Shown here one piece after another: positions 10,356 to 18,870 of a DNA stretch of 64,000 nucleotides. Source of the DNA: Pedosphaera sp. (lineage in GTDB: Bacteria; Verrucomicrobiota; Verrucomicrobiia; Limisphaerales; SIBH01). Each line of letters begins with the position of its first letter. The first letter of the stretch is position 1. The notes under the pieces are model-generated. The model ran no database searches, had not been told where the DNA came from, and saw only the letters and a list, made by a program, of their open reading frames with translations. The stretch covers positions 96,001-160,000 of the forward strand of contig JANOQV010000184.1 in NCBI GenBank assembly GCA_031414955.1, in the 5' to 3' direction. A program made the position numbers and the translations under genes.

Positions 10356-11237
10356 CTAGGCGTGGGCCAGCTTGCTGCGGTAGCCGGTGGGCGACTGGCC
10401 GGCGATGCGCTTGAACACACGGTTGAAGTGAGTCAACGACTGGAACCCGACCTCATAGGCGATCTCGCTGATGCGCAGGTTGGGGTTGAGCAGCAAGTTT
10501 TTCGCATTCTCGATCCGCAGTCGCGAAACGAAATCCGTGAAGTGCAGGCCGGTGTGCTTCTTGAACAGCTTGCAGAAGTAAAACGTGCTGGTGTTCACGG
10601 CCCGCGCCACCTGGCTCAGGGTGATGTCTTCGCGCTGGTTTTGCCGGATGAATTCCTTGGCGCGGGCGATGACGGGCGGCTCCGCATTCTGCTGTCGGAC
10701 CACTATCTGGTTGCTGAGCAAGGAAAGATGCTGGGCAAAAATGGAGAGCAGTTTCACCACCGCCTCGTGCTCCTTCGGGGCCAGGACACGGGTGCTGAAA
10801 TAATCCTCCTTGAGTTTCGCGGGGTCCGCCGCCACGCCCCACTCGCCGAGCAACTTCGTCACCCGCACAAACTGCGCCGCCGTGGGTTTCTTGCGGAAGA
10901 TTTGACCTGTGTGGAGGAAAGCCACCAGCTGATCGCCCAACCGCACGGGTACGGCCGTGTCGCTCAGCCCGACCTCGCACGTCACCGACTGGGCTTCGTG
11001 GCGCGCGCCCTGGGCGAGCTTTTCCTGCACTTGCAGGCAGGCGGCGCAAGCCCGGCTCTTCGTGGCCAGGGCCGCGCAGAAAGGATTCTCCCCCCGGTGC
11101 TGGTGGTGCGGCAACTGCCAGGACTCGACCGGGCGCAGTGCCACCGGCAGCCCGGTCGCATCGGTAAAGGCTCGCGCATAGTCCTGATAAAGCGTCGAGT
11201 GACCCAGCGCCTCAATGATTTGGTTTTCGTTTTGCAT
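10356..11237 (-). CDS. AraC-family regulator with N-terminal PocR-like sensor domain
   Basis: 'NPFCAAL...CAACL...TCEVGL' PocR-like cysteines; C-terminal 'ISEIAYEVGFQSLTHFNRVFK'. Confidence 0.85.
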   Translation of the reverse strand: MQNENQIIEALGHSTLYQDYARAFTDATGLPVALRPVESWQLPHHQHRGENPFCAALATKSRACAACLQVQEKLAQGARHEAQSVTCEVGLSDTAVPVRLGDQLVAFLHTGQIFRKKPTAAQFVRVTKLLGEWGVAADPAKLKEDYFSTRVLAPKEHEAVVKLLSIFAQHLSLLSNQIVVRQQNAEPPVIARAKEFIRQNQREDITLSQVARAVNTSTFYFCKLFKKHTGLHFTDFVSRLRIENAKNLLLNPNLRISEIAYEVGFQSLTHFNRVFKRIAGQSPTGYRSKLAHA

Positions 11238-11527
11238 GACGTTCCTTTTGTCCACCGTTCTTGTTTCGTGGAACGCAAAATACGGAGAGCACGGTTGGGC
11301 AACAATCAGGACGCCCCTAATTCGACACCGGGGTAAAAGAGGATGGCTCGTAAGGGGAAACCTTAGACCTGTGCTGCTCGGTCCTGACGGCCGTTCGGTT
11401 GAACGAACCACGCCCAGCCGACTAAACCCTTGGCCGTTGTCCGGCTCGCGCCCCGGCCGATCGAATCTAATCCGACAGAAGATTGAAGCTCGGGCCAAGG
11501 GGCCGACCTCGTCGCCGTGAGTCGGCT

Positions 11528-12817
11528 TCAGCCAAACTTGCGCTTGAGCCGGACCGCATCAAAAGCCTGTCGGTGCCCTGAGGTCATGCGTTCGAAATCA
11601 GGCGTGCCATCCGCGCGCCGGGGCCAATCGCCACTCGTAGCAGTCGAGGTCACGAGCCTCTGATCTTTTCGTTCCTCACGCGCGGCTGGCTTTGAACCGC
11701 CAATCGGATTGTTCCGCACTTCCCCCGTGGCGCGTTTGGTCGCGCTGCCGTCGTAGCTCATGGACTGGTCGGTGAGTTCAAGGTCTTTCTCCAACGGGCG
11801 ATGCGGCTGGATGCCTTTGCCTTGCAGCACGCCGTGGTAGGCGCGCACGGCTTCCTCGGGCGAGAGCTTGCCATCGGTGATCAGGCGGAGCATCTCGATG
11901 AACGCAAGCTGGTGCTCGGCATTGTTGATCTTGCGCCCGAAGAGCGCCACGCGCGCGCCATACTTCTGCGCGTCATGGATGAGCCGGAAAGCATCGTAAG
12001 TCGTGCCCGCGCCGCCGCCGAGAATGCCGACCACAAGGTTCGGATCGTACTGCGCCAGCTCCTCCATCGCCTTGGGACCGTGATAGACGATCTTCAAGAA
12101 CACAGGTCGTCCTGTGTCGGGCACGCCCGCGAGCGTGCGGAGGATGTTGTCGTTGATGAACTCGCCGAGCTTTTCCGGCGCGATGCCGGAGGCGACGTTG
12201 GGATCAAATATTTCCAGGAAGTGCCGGAATTGCTTCCGCTCCGCCTCTTCGCGAAATTCCTTGTACCAAAGCAGCGCCTCGCGGTCCTGTTCCAGCTCGT
12301 TGACGAACGTGATCGAGTAGAGGCCGAGATTCGCGCCCGGAAACTCACCACCGTCGCGCTCACACTCGATCTCGCCGCACTGGATGTGGTCAATGGCGGC
12401 ACTGCGGAAAGGCTGGCTCGGCTCGCGCGTGTAAGCACCGTGGCGTGCGGCCCACACATCGGTGGTGTCGTTCGCGCGAGCCGCCGGCGTGACGTGGGAG
12501 TTCTTGAACAGCCCCTCCTTGATGGCGAGCTGCTCGTTCACGTAGGCGGACATGAGCATGATGTCGATCAGCCCCTGGTGCGTGACCTCGCGAATGATGT
12601 CGAGGAACTCAGGCAGGTTGCGGTAGCCAAACTCGTCGCGGTTCCAGACCTCGGGCGAGAACTGCGCCGGTCTCTTTCCGCGCCCCGACAAATACTGTCG
12701 CGGCCCCGGCGAGCGCACGCCGAACGCCATGTCCGCGTCCTTCGCGTCGGCAATGATGAACGCCCGCGAGGCGCGGTTGGCTTTGATTTCGGCGAGCTTG
12801 GTGTCGAGAGATTTCAT
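11528..12817 (-). CDS. BMC-locus protein, probable class I aldolase-like TIM barrel
   Basis: Last gene of the BMC operon; 'FLKIVY', 'ILGGG', 'ALFGRKI' resemble DhnA-type aldolase motifs. Confidence 0.6.
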   Translation of the reverse strand: MKSLDTKLAEIKANRASRAFIIADAKDADMAFGVRSPGPRQYLSGRGKRPAQFSPEVWNRDEFGYRNLPEFLDIIREVTHQGLIDIMLMSAYVNEQLAIKEGLFKNSHVTPAARANDTTDVWAARHGAYTREPSQPFRSAAIDHIQCGEIECERDGGEFPGANLGLYSITFVNELEQDREALLWYKEFREEAERKQFRHFLEIFDPNVASGIAPEKLGEFINDNILRTLAGVPDTGRPVFLKIVYHGPKAMEELAQYDPNLVVGILGGGAGTTYDAFRLIHDAQKYGARVALFGRKINNAEHQLAFIEMLRLITDGKLSPEEAVRAYHGVLQGKGIQPHRPLEKDLELTDQSMSYDGSATKRATGEVRNNPIGGSKPAAREERKDQRLVTSTATSGDWPRRADGTPDFERMTSGHRQAFDAVRLKRKFG

Positions 12818-12820
12818 GGA

Positions 12821-13273
12821 TTAGCCGCGAAAGAACGCAAAGAGCGCAAAGAAGCCGAAAAGAAACGAAGCAATCCGGCTTTCCGGCGAACGTGATGCCT
12901 TGTCGCTCATCGCAAACTTCTTAATCTCGAATCGGTAGGAGCCAAAGTTGATGAGCAGTCCGTGCTCAATGCGCGCGGACTTCAAGTAACCAAGCAGTTG
13001 CGCCACATGGTCATCGGCGATGGTCTTGGCCGCTTTCAGTTCGATGATGATCCGTCCATCAATCAACAGGTCGGCAAAATACTCGCCGATGACCGTGCCG
13101 TCCTCATCGCGAACAGTCAGTGGACTTTGCTGCTTCACATCGAAGCCCAGCTTTCGCAACCGGTGGGCCAGCGCATTCTCGTACACCTTCTCCAAGTGAC
13201 CTTGGCCGTGATAGACGTGGATGTCGTACGAGGTCTGCCGCACCACATCGCACAGTTCCATGATGTCTTTCAT
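12821..13273 (-). CDS. GxxExxY protein (PD-(D/E)XK nuclease-like)
   Basis: 'GHLEKVYENAL', 'ADLLIDGRIIIELKA', 'AQLLGYLK', 'GLLINFG'; AGGAAAGG upstream of ATG 13273. Confidence 0.92.
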   Translation of the reverse strand: MKDIMELCDVVRQTSYDIHVYHGQGHLEKVYENALAHRLRKLGFDVKQQSPLTVRDEDGTVIGEYFADLLIDGRIIIELKAAKTIADDHVAQLLGYLKSARIEHGLLINFGSYRFEIKKFAMSDKASRSPESRIASFLFGFFALFAFFRG

Positions 13274-13379
13274 TTGAACCTTTCCTAGTTTGTCATTTTT
13301 AAGCTGCGAAAGAACGCAGAGAACGCAGAGACAATTTCTGTTCCCGTCTTTCTTTGCGCTCTTTGCGTTCTCTCGCGGC
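12824..13379. repeat. 30-bp terminal inverted repeats bracketing the GxxExxY gene, plus a third arm copy at 13303-13331
   Basis: GCCGCGAAAGAACGCAAAGAGCGCAAAGAA (12824-12853) versus TTCTTTGCGCTCTTTGCGTTCTCTCGCGGC (13350-13379), 29/30 complementary. Confidence 0.9.
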
Positions 13380-13384
13380 AAAAT

Positions 13385-14311
13385 TCATGTTCGCACCTTC
13401 GCCAATGTCTCCTTGAGCGCGCGCGCGGACGCCTGCAAGCCCATCAACTCCTTCGGCCACAATTTGATCTCCACATGCTTCAGCACGCCGCCGCGACCGA
13501 CGACGCTCGGCACGCTCAGGCAGATGTCGCGAATGTCGTAGGCGCCTTGGACAAGCGAGGAGATTGGGAGCAGCGCCTGTTTGTTCAGCAGCACGGCGTG
13601 AATCACATCACGGATGGCGACACCCACGGCCCAGCCCGCGCCGCCTTTGCGCTTGATGACTTCCGCGCCGCTGCCTTTGGTGCGCTCGAAGACGGCGTTC
13701 TGGAAACCGGGCGAACATTCTGGCAAGCCGGTGAGCGGCAAGCCGTTCACCGCCGCGCTCGACCAAATCGGGAGCATCGAATCGCCGTGCTCGCCGAGGA
13801 TGAGCGCCTTCACCTGCGTGGGCGCGAGCTTGAGTTCCTCGGCGATGAACGAACTGAAGCGCGAGGTATCGAGCATCGTGCCAAGTCCATAGACTTGCTG
13901 CCAAGGCAGGCCGAGCCGCTGCACGGCGAGTTGCGTGAGAATGTCCACCGGGTTCGAGACCACGAAAACCTGCGCGTCCTTCTTGAAGCCCGCCGCCTTG
14001 ATGCTGTCGAGGATGCCGACGAAGAGCGCCACGTTGCGGTTGATGAGGTCGAGGCGCGATTCATCTGGCTTGCGGCGCAGGCCGGCCGTGATGAGGAAAA
14101 TGTCGCTGTCTGCGGCACGAGTGTAGTCACCCGCGTAAATCTTCTGGTCGCCACAGAACGCGCTGCCATGCAACAAGTCGAGCGCCTCGCCCTCGGCCAG
14201 ATCCTTGTTCGCGTCGAGGATTTGCAGCTCGGCCACCAGCCCGCCGCATTGCAGCGCAAACGCCGCGCAAGAACCTACACGGCCACCGCCGCCGATGATT
14301 GTGACTTTCAT
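13385..14311 (-). CDS. Lactate/malate dehydrogenase family protein (BMC-associated)
   Basis: 'IIGGGGRVG', 'TAGLRRKPDESRLDL', 'VVSNPVD', 'GTMLDTSR', 'LGEHGDS'. Confidence 0.92.
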   Translation of the reverse strand: MKVTIIGGGGRVGSCAAFALQCGGLVAELQILDANKDLAEGEALDLLHGSAFCGDQKIYAGDYTRAADSDIFLITAGLRRKPDESRLDLINRNVALFVGILDSIKAAGFKKDAQVFVVSNPVDILTQLAVQRLGLPWQQVYGLGTMLDTSRFSSFIAEELKLAPTQVKALILGEHGDSMLPIWSSAAVNGLPLTGLPECSPGFQNAVFERTKGSGAEVIKRKGGAGWAVGVAIRDVIHAVLLNKQALLPISSLVQGAYDIRDICLSVPSVVGRGGVLKHVEIKLWPKELMGLQASARALKETLAKVRT

Positions 14312-14324
14312 AAATTGTTTGGTC

Positions 14325-14819
14325 TCACTCGCCAGCCTGTTGCAACACCTGCGCCACGAAGGACGGGGCCAGATGAAATCCATTCTGCGCCAACTGCGTG
14401 AGCCAGGGCCGTAGCGCGTCAATGCGTCCGGCTTGCTTCCCTTGCATCAGCAGGCCCACCACGCCTCGGGTGCGAAGGCCCAATTGACGCGCGGCTTCAC
14501 GTCCATCCGCTTCATCCATCAGCAGAAAATCCGGCCCGGTTTCTGCGGCGAGGGCAATGGCTTCAGCTTCTCCGTCGTGGAGATTCTGCCGCAGCGTGCG
14601 AACCAAGGGCGCGTTGCCCGGCGTCACGACTTTCAACCAGCCTTGTTTCGCGGCGTTCTGTACATCATTCACGACCTGATGCGACTTACCCTGCACAATC
14701 ACCTCGCGCCACACCGCGTCCGGCACGCGCACTTCCGAAAAGAACAGCGGGAGCAAGGCGAACTGCCCAATCGCACTGAGGTGAATCAGCACTGAGGAAT
14801 CACTGACGGCGGTTGGCAT
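14325..14819 (-). CDS. DUF3368-type PIN-domain protein (putative toxin)
   Basis: 'VSDSSVLIHL', 'VPDAVWREV', 'LHDGEAEAIALA', 'LLMDEADGR'. Confidence 0.85.
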   Translation of the reverse strand: MPTAVSDSSVLIHLSAIGQFALLPLFFSEVRVPDAVWREVIVQGKSHQVVNDVQNAAKQGWLKVVTPGNAPLVRTLRQNLHDGEAEAIALAAETGPDFLLMDEADGREAARQLGLRTRGVVGLLMQGKQAGRIDALRPWLTQLAQNGFHLAPSFVAQVLQQAGE

Positions 14820-15057
14820 CTTGGCAATCCTCCGCCAGATCAGCCCCGCCGTAGTGGCGGGGGATGGCGCGTTTGCCGAGCACTGCTTCCCATTCCAACC
14901 GCGTCAGACCGGCGAGGGTGCAGGCTTTGCCTGACGCGAGCAGATTCTGAGTGTAGAGCGCCACGGCCAGTTCCAGCCGCAGGCGCGCTTCGATTTCCTG
15001 CGGCGGGACACGCACGCTGGAGAGCACATCGGCGGGAATTTCTAGTGTGACACTCAT
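14800..15057 (-). CDS. UPF0175-family protein (putative antitoxin)
   Basis: 85 aa; 'LRLELAVALY...SGKACTLAGL'; overlaps the PIN gene start. Confidence 0.85.
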   Translation of the reverse strand: MSVTLEIPADVLSSVRVPPQEIEARLRLELAVALYTQNLLASGKACTLAGLTRLEWEAVLGKRAIPRHYGGADLAEDCQDANRRQ

Positions 15058-15107
15058 GGATGGAGATTAGTGCGGGGCATGGTTTGGGGCAAGGTTCGTC
15101 GAGTTAG

Positions 15108-16178
15108 TTATTTCATCTGCGCCATCAGTTGATCCGTGATCGCCTTCACCATCTCCTCCGCCTGCGGATCGAGTCCGACGGTCGGCGTCTCCTTCGCCGG
15201 CAGCGCGCAGGTCGCGCCCGGACGCCAGTCGCCGGTGTCGCAGAGTTCGCATTCCTTCATGCCGTAGCGCGGGTCCACAAAGCCGAGTGACTTCTTGATG
15301 TTCAGGATGTCGTTCATCTGCGGCCCGGTGAAGGTCTGGATCGGCTTGCCCAACTGGCCGGCGACCACAATCGTGCGACAATAGGCCTCGATGATTTCCA
15401 TCCGCCAATAGGCTTCCTCGATGTTGTTGTGCGACCACGTCACCACGCCGTGATTCGCCATCAGGATGGTGTTGTATTGGTCGGTGAGATCGGCCACGAG
15501 CTTGCCCATGTCCGCAGAACCGGGCGTGCGATACGGCGCGACACCAACGGAGCAGAACACCTCATACTCCGGCAACATGCACGTCGGCGGCGCTTCTCCC
15601 ACGACGGCGAACGCGGTCGCATAAGGCGGATGACAGTGACAGGTGGCCACCGCCTGCGGCTGGCGCTTCATGATCTGCAAGTGCATCAGGATTTCGCTGG
15701 TGCGCTTCTTCGTGCCGCAAAGCTGGTTGCCCTCGAAATCCACGAGGCACATGTCCGACGGCTGGAGCGAGCCTTTGCTCACCAGCGTGGGCGTGCAGAT
15801 GGCAATGTCGTCGCCGACGCGGATGGCCATGTTGCCGCCGTTGCCGTCCACGTAGGCGCGTTTCCACAAGCGATGTCCCATCGCGCAAATCTGTTCCTTG
15901 AAGGCGTGGCAGTAGGGCGAGTTGAAAAACGCTTCGAGGTCGGCCTTGGCTGATTTCGAATTAAGCGGGGTGGCCGGAGCCGTCGTGGTCGTGGCCAGGC
16001 TGCTGGCTGGGGATGCAGCGACCGTTCCGCTCGGCGTCGGGGTCCGCCGAGCATACGCGTAGTCAAGCAACACGTCCTTGGCGGAGGGCGTCAGGATGGC
16101 ATCGGCCGGGAGATTATTCGGATCGCCACCCTTGGCGATGATGGCTTCTATTTCTTTGGCAGTGATGACCGTGTTCAT
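15108..16178 (-). CDS. Class II aldolase (fuculose/rhamnulose-phosphate aldolase-like) with C-terminal encapsulation peptide
   Basis: 'GNGGN', 'TPTLVSKG', 'TSEILMH', 'HCHPPYATA', 'MANHG'; amphipathic tail 'AEEMVKAITDQLMAQMK'. Confidence 0.9.
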   Translation of the reverse strand: MNTVITAKEIEAIIAKGGDPNNLPADAILTPSAKDVLLDYAYARRTPTPSGTVAASPASSLATTTTAPATPLNSKSAKADLEAFFNSPYCHAFKEQICAMGHRLWKRAYVDGNGGNMAIRVGDDIAICTPTLVSKGSLQPSDMCLVDFEGNQLCGTKKRTSEILMHLQIMKRQPQAVATCHCHPPYATAFAVVGEAPPTCMLPEYEVFCSVGVAPYRTPGSADMGKLVADLTDQYNTILMANHGVVTWSHNNIEEAYWRMEIIEAYCRTIVVAGQLGKPIQTFTGPQMNDILNIKKSLGFVDPRYGMKECELCDTGDWRPGATCALPAKETPTVGLDPQAEEMVKAITDQLMAQMK

Positions 16179-16232
16179 ATTGGTGAAAGCGAATTGAGCA
16201 GTTGCACGCGGTTGCGAGGACGTGCGCGGCGC

Positions 16233-16424
16233 GTCCCCGGAGGGGACGAATGTGAATAGCCCCGGGTGCAACCCGGGGTGCGAACCGCAGAGATGCCGCA
16301 ACCCCGGAGGGGTTGAACCCGGCACGTCGCATCACGGTTCAACCCCTCCGGGGTTGAACTCACTCCAAGCACTGCCAACCCCGGGTTACACCCGGGGCTA
16401 TTCACGTCGAAGCCCTCCGGGCTT
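16233..16424. repeat. Composite palindromic element with nested hairpins
   Basis: Perfect 21-bp IR 16299-16319/16336-16356 inside IR 16252-16278/16379-16405. Confidence 0.88.
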
Positions 16425-16463
16425 CTTCGCGTGTGCGTTGGCGATTGTGATGGCAACTTCATC

Positions 16464-16766
16464 TCACTTCATTGGGTTGTAGAAAATCTCATCCACCAGA
16501 GCGGCATTGATGGCATCAATCGGCAGCGGGGTTTCAAAAGGCTGCGCGGCTTCGCGGCCCTCAATGTAGCCAATGGTCTGGCCCACGCCGCCACCGAGCG
16601 CGTCATAGACCACGAGGCTCGGATCTTTGCTCAGACCAGCGGGCGTCTCCGTGCCGCTCTGGTAATGCTCGCGCGTGAAGGGCGAAATGATGAGCCAGCG
16701 CGCGCCCGTCAGTTCCGGCAGAGCTTTGCTCAAGGTGACGCGACCGATGACGGCACCAAGTTTCAT
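16464..16766 (-). CDS. BMC-P pentamer vertex protein (EutN/CcmL family)
   Basis: 'MKLGAVIGRVTLSK', 'VVYDALGGGVG', 'PIDAINAALVD'. Confidence 0.85.
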   Translation of the reverse strand: MKLGAVIGRVTLSKALPELTGARWLIISPFTREHYQSGTETPAGLSKDPSLVVYDALGGGVGQTIGYIEGREAAQPFETPLPIDAINAALVDEIFYNPMK

Positions 16767-17563
16767 CGCGCAGCCTCCTTCTGCTGGGCGCTGTGCGCCT
16801 GCGGGCCATTCGTGTAAACGTGAAAATCCGTGCCCCAAAAACTCACGGCCTCGCGATGCGGGAACAGCCCCGATTCGCCCAGCACCGAGGCGTAAAGCGG
16901 CGCGCTGTAGATGAGCCAGATTTGCCGCGGATGCTCCGCCACGGAACGCCGCACGTTCTCCACGAACTGCGACAGGATCACGGCGTCGAACGGATTGTAG
17001 AGGAAGAAGACGTTCTCGTCGCCGCGCCACTGGTGTTGGGTCACGTCCGCATGGGTCACTTCAATCGGCGCGAGTGATTGAACTTTGGTGCGGAAGATTT
17101 CGATGTTCTGGCGCGCCCGCTCGCAGAACCTGGGCGAGAACTCGATGCCGACGACCCGCTTGAAATTCTGCCGGGCCGCGAGCATCAGCACCCGTCCTTT
17201 ACCCGAGCCGACATCGACAAAAGTGCTGCCCGCCGGCGGGCGCAGGTGCTTGAGCAGAGCCAGGAACGGGCGTGCCTTGGTGGCCTTGTAGCGCACGGAG
17301 TGCGCGAGGTTTTTCAGGTCGGACTCGAACTGATCGCAGTCCACCGCGCGATTGGTTTCCGTGCCGTGGCGCCAGTCGAAGAACGAATCTTCGATGGTGT
17401 TGAAAACGATCTTCAACGTCGTGCCCAGGCCGCGCTGTTGAATGCTTTCCCTCGCCCAAGACATGGCCTGCGAGAACTTGCCGAACACGCCGATGGCCGC
17501 CATGCCCAGTCCGGCGTCGCCCGGCTCGTTCGCCAACAACGTGATGAATTGCGGCTCGCTCAT
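16763..17563 (-). CDS. Class I SAM-dependent methyltransferase
   Basis: 'TFVDVGSGKGR', 'VVGIEFS', 'FFLYNPF'; ATGA overlaps at both ends. Confidence 0.85.
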   Translation of the reverse strand: MSEPQFITLLANEPGDAGLGMAAIGVFGKFSQAMSWARESIQQRGLGTTLKIVFNTIEDSFFDWRHGTETNRAVDCDQFESDLKNLAHSVRYKATKARPFLALLKHLRPPAGSTFVDVGSGKGRVLMLAARQNFKRVVGIEFSPRFCERARQNIEIFRTKVQSLAPIEVTHADVTQHQWRGDENVFFLYNPFDAVILSQFVENVRRSVAEHPRQIWLIYSAPLYASVLGESGLFPHREAVSFWGTDFHVYTNGPQAHSAQQKEAAR

Positions 17564-17838
17564 ACCGGCACCCCCGGTTCGAGTTCGTCCACGATGCCGA
17601 CCACGAGCCAACGGGCGGGACTTTTTAGATCGCCCACCGCTTTCCTTGCTTCGGAGCCATCGCTGGAAATCACCACACGCTGGTGCATCCCCGCACCGTG
17701 AGCGTCGATGGCGATTTGCGGCGCGCCTTCGGGTTCGCCCGCGTTGTTGATCGGCTGGCAGATAACGAGCCGCCAGCCCTCGAAGCTCGGATGCTTCCGG
17801 GTGGCGACCACATTGCCTTCGACGCGCGCGAGTAACAT
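17560..17838 (-). CDS. BMC-P pentamer vertex protein (EutN/CcmL family)
   Basis: 'MLLARVEGNVVATRKH', 'AIDAHGAG', 'VVGIVD'. Confidence 0.92.
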   Translation of the reverse strand: MLLARVEGNVVATRKHPSFEGWRLVICQPINNAGEPEGAPQIAIDAHGAGMHQRVVISSDGSEARKAVGDLKSPARWLVVGIVDELEPGVPV

Positions 17839-17841
17839 GGG

Positions 17842-18864
17842 TCAGGGATTTTCCGCCTTCAGGCGAAGCGCAACGCCTGGCGCTTCGATAATGTTCTTGG
17901 AAATCTCAGCCGTCCCAGTCCACAAAGTGACCCGGCCCTCATGACTCGACGTCAACAACCGGTTCCCGTCTCGATTCCAACGGACGCCCCACAGTAGATC
18001 AGGTGATTTGCCGACGTGCCGCAGTTGACCATCTTTCGACCAAATCCGCAGCGCGTCACTCGCTGATGCGAGCAATGAGCCGTCCCGATTCCAACTGATG
18101 CTTCTGAACGCCGCGCCGTCCTTGACTTCAAACGTCTTCAGCAACTTGCAATCAGCCGACCAAAACTGGAGCAGCGGGGCATCGCCCGCATCCGAATTGC
18201 CATAATCACCGACAACAAAAAACTCTCCCGACGGATGCCACTCCACGCACAACAAAAGCGCGAAACCTTTCGCTTGAGGCCGATGGCGCACTCGCTTGGT
18301 GATGTTTCCCTTGCCGTCATACAACGTGATAAACTCACTGACCGTGATGATTCTGTCCTCTGTCGGGTGCCAGGCCACGCCGGTTAAACTCTTGGCATTT
18401 TCGGGCCGGGTCGTGTGCAAAAGTTGTCCGCTCGCGCTCCAGATTTGCAACTCGCCGCGATTGCCAGCCGTAGCCAGAAGCTCGCCGCTCGCATTCCAAG
18501 CGATGCCGCGCGTGCCTTCTTTCGTTTTCAACGTGATCTTTTGCTCGGCCGCCGGATCGTAAATCGCCGTGACACCATCGGCCCCGCCCGAAAGCGCGAG
18601 CAAGTTGCGACGCGGATGCCAGCTCACTTTCGCAACCGCCTTCAATGAATCCAGCGCCGGAGCTGGCTGCTTGAGTTGCGTCTCCGCATCGAAAATCCCC
18701 ACCCACGCTCCTCCAACCGCGAAGCACTTGCCGTCGGCACTCCAATCCACCGACCAGAGAATGTTCTTGCTGCCAGAATCTTTCGCTTTGCACGGCTGAA
18801 CCCATCCGACAGCAAGCAGCAAGGCAACAACCGCAACCAAGTATCCGTGTTTAGCCGTGTTCAT
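17842..18864 (-). CDS. WD40-repeat protein with N-terminal signal peptide
   Basis: Repeats ending in W ('VDWSADG', 'IAWNASG', 'VAWHP', 'ISWNRDG'); hydrophobic N-terminus; AT-richer than neighbours. Confidence 0.85.
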   Translation of the reverse strand: MNTAKHGYLVAVVALLLAVGWVQPCKAKDSGSKNILWSVDWSADGKCFAVGGAWVGIFDAETQLKQPAPALDSLKAVAKVSWHPRRNLLALSGGADGVTAIYDPAAEQKITLKTKEGTRGIAWNASGELLATAGNRGELQIWSASGQLLHTTRPENAKSLTGVAWHPTEDRIITVSEFITLYDGKGNITKRVRHRPQAKGFALLLCVEWHPSGEFFVVGDYGNSDAGDAPLLQFWSADCKLLKTFEVKDGAAFRSISWNRDGSLLASASDALRIWSKDGQLRHVGKSPDLLWGVRWNRDGNRLLTSSHEGRVTLWTGTAEISKNIIEAPGVALRLKAENP

Positions 18865-18870
18865 CCGCGG

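Noticed and set aside
13274..16325. Long N-terminal extensions given by the ORF track for GxxExxY, LDH and aldolase
   Set aside because: They run through repeats or upstream genes; downstream ATGs fit family starts better
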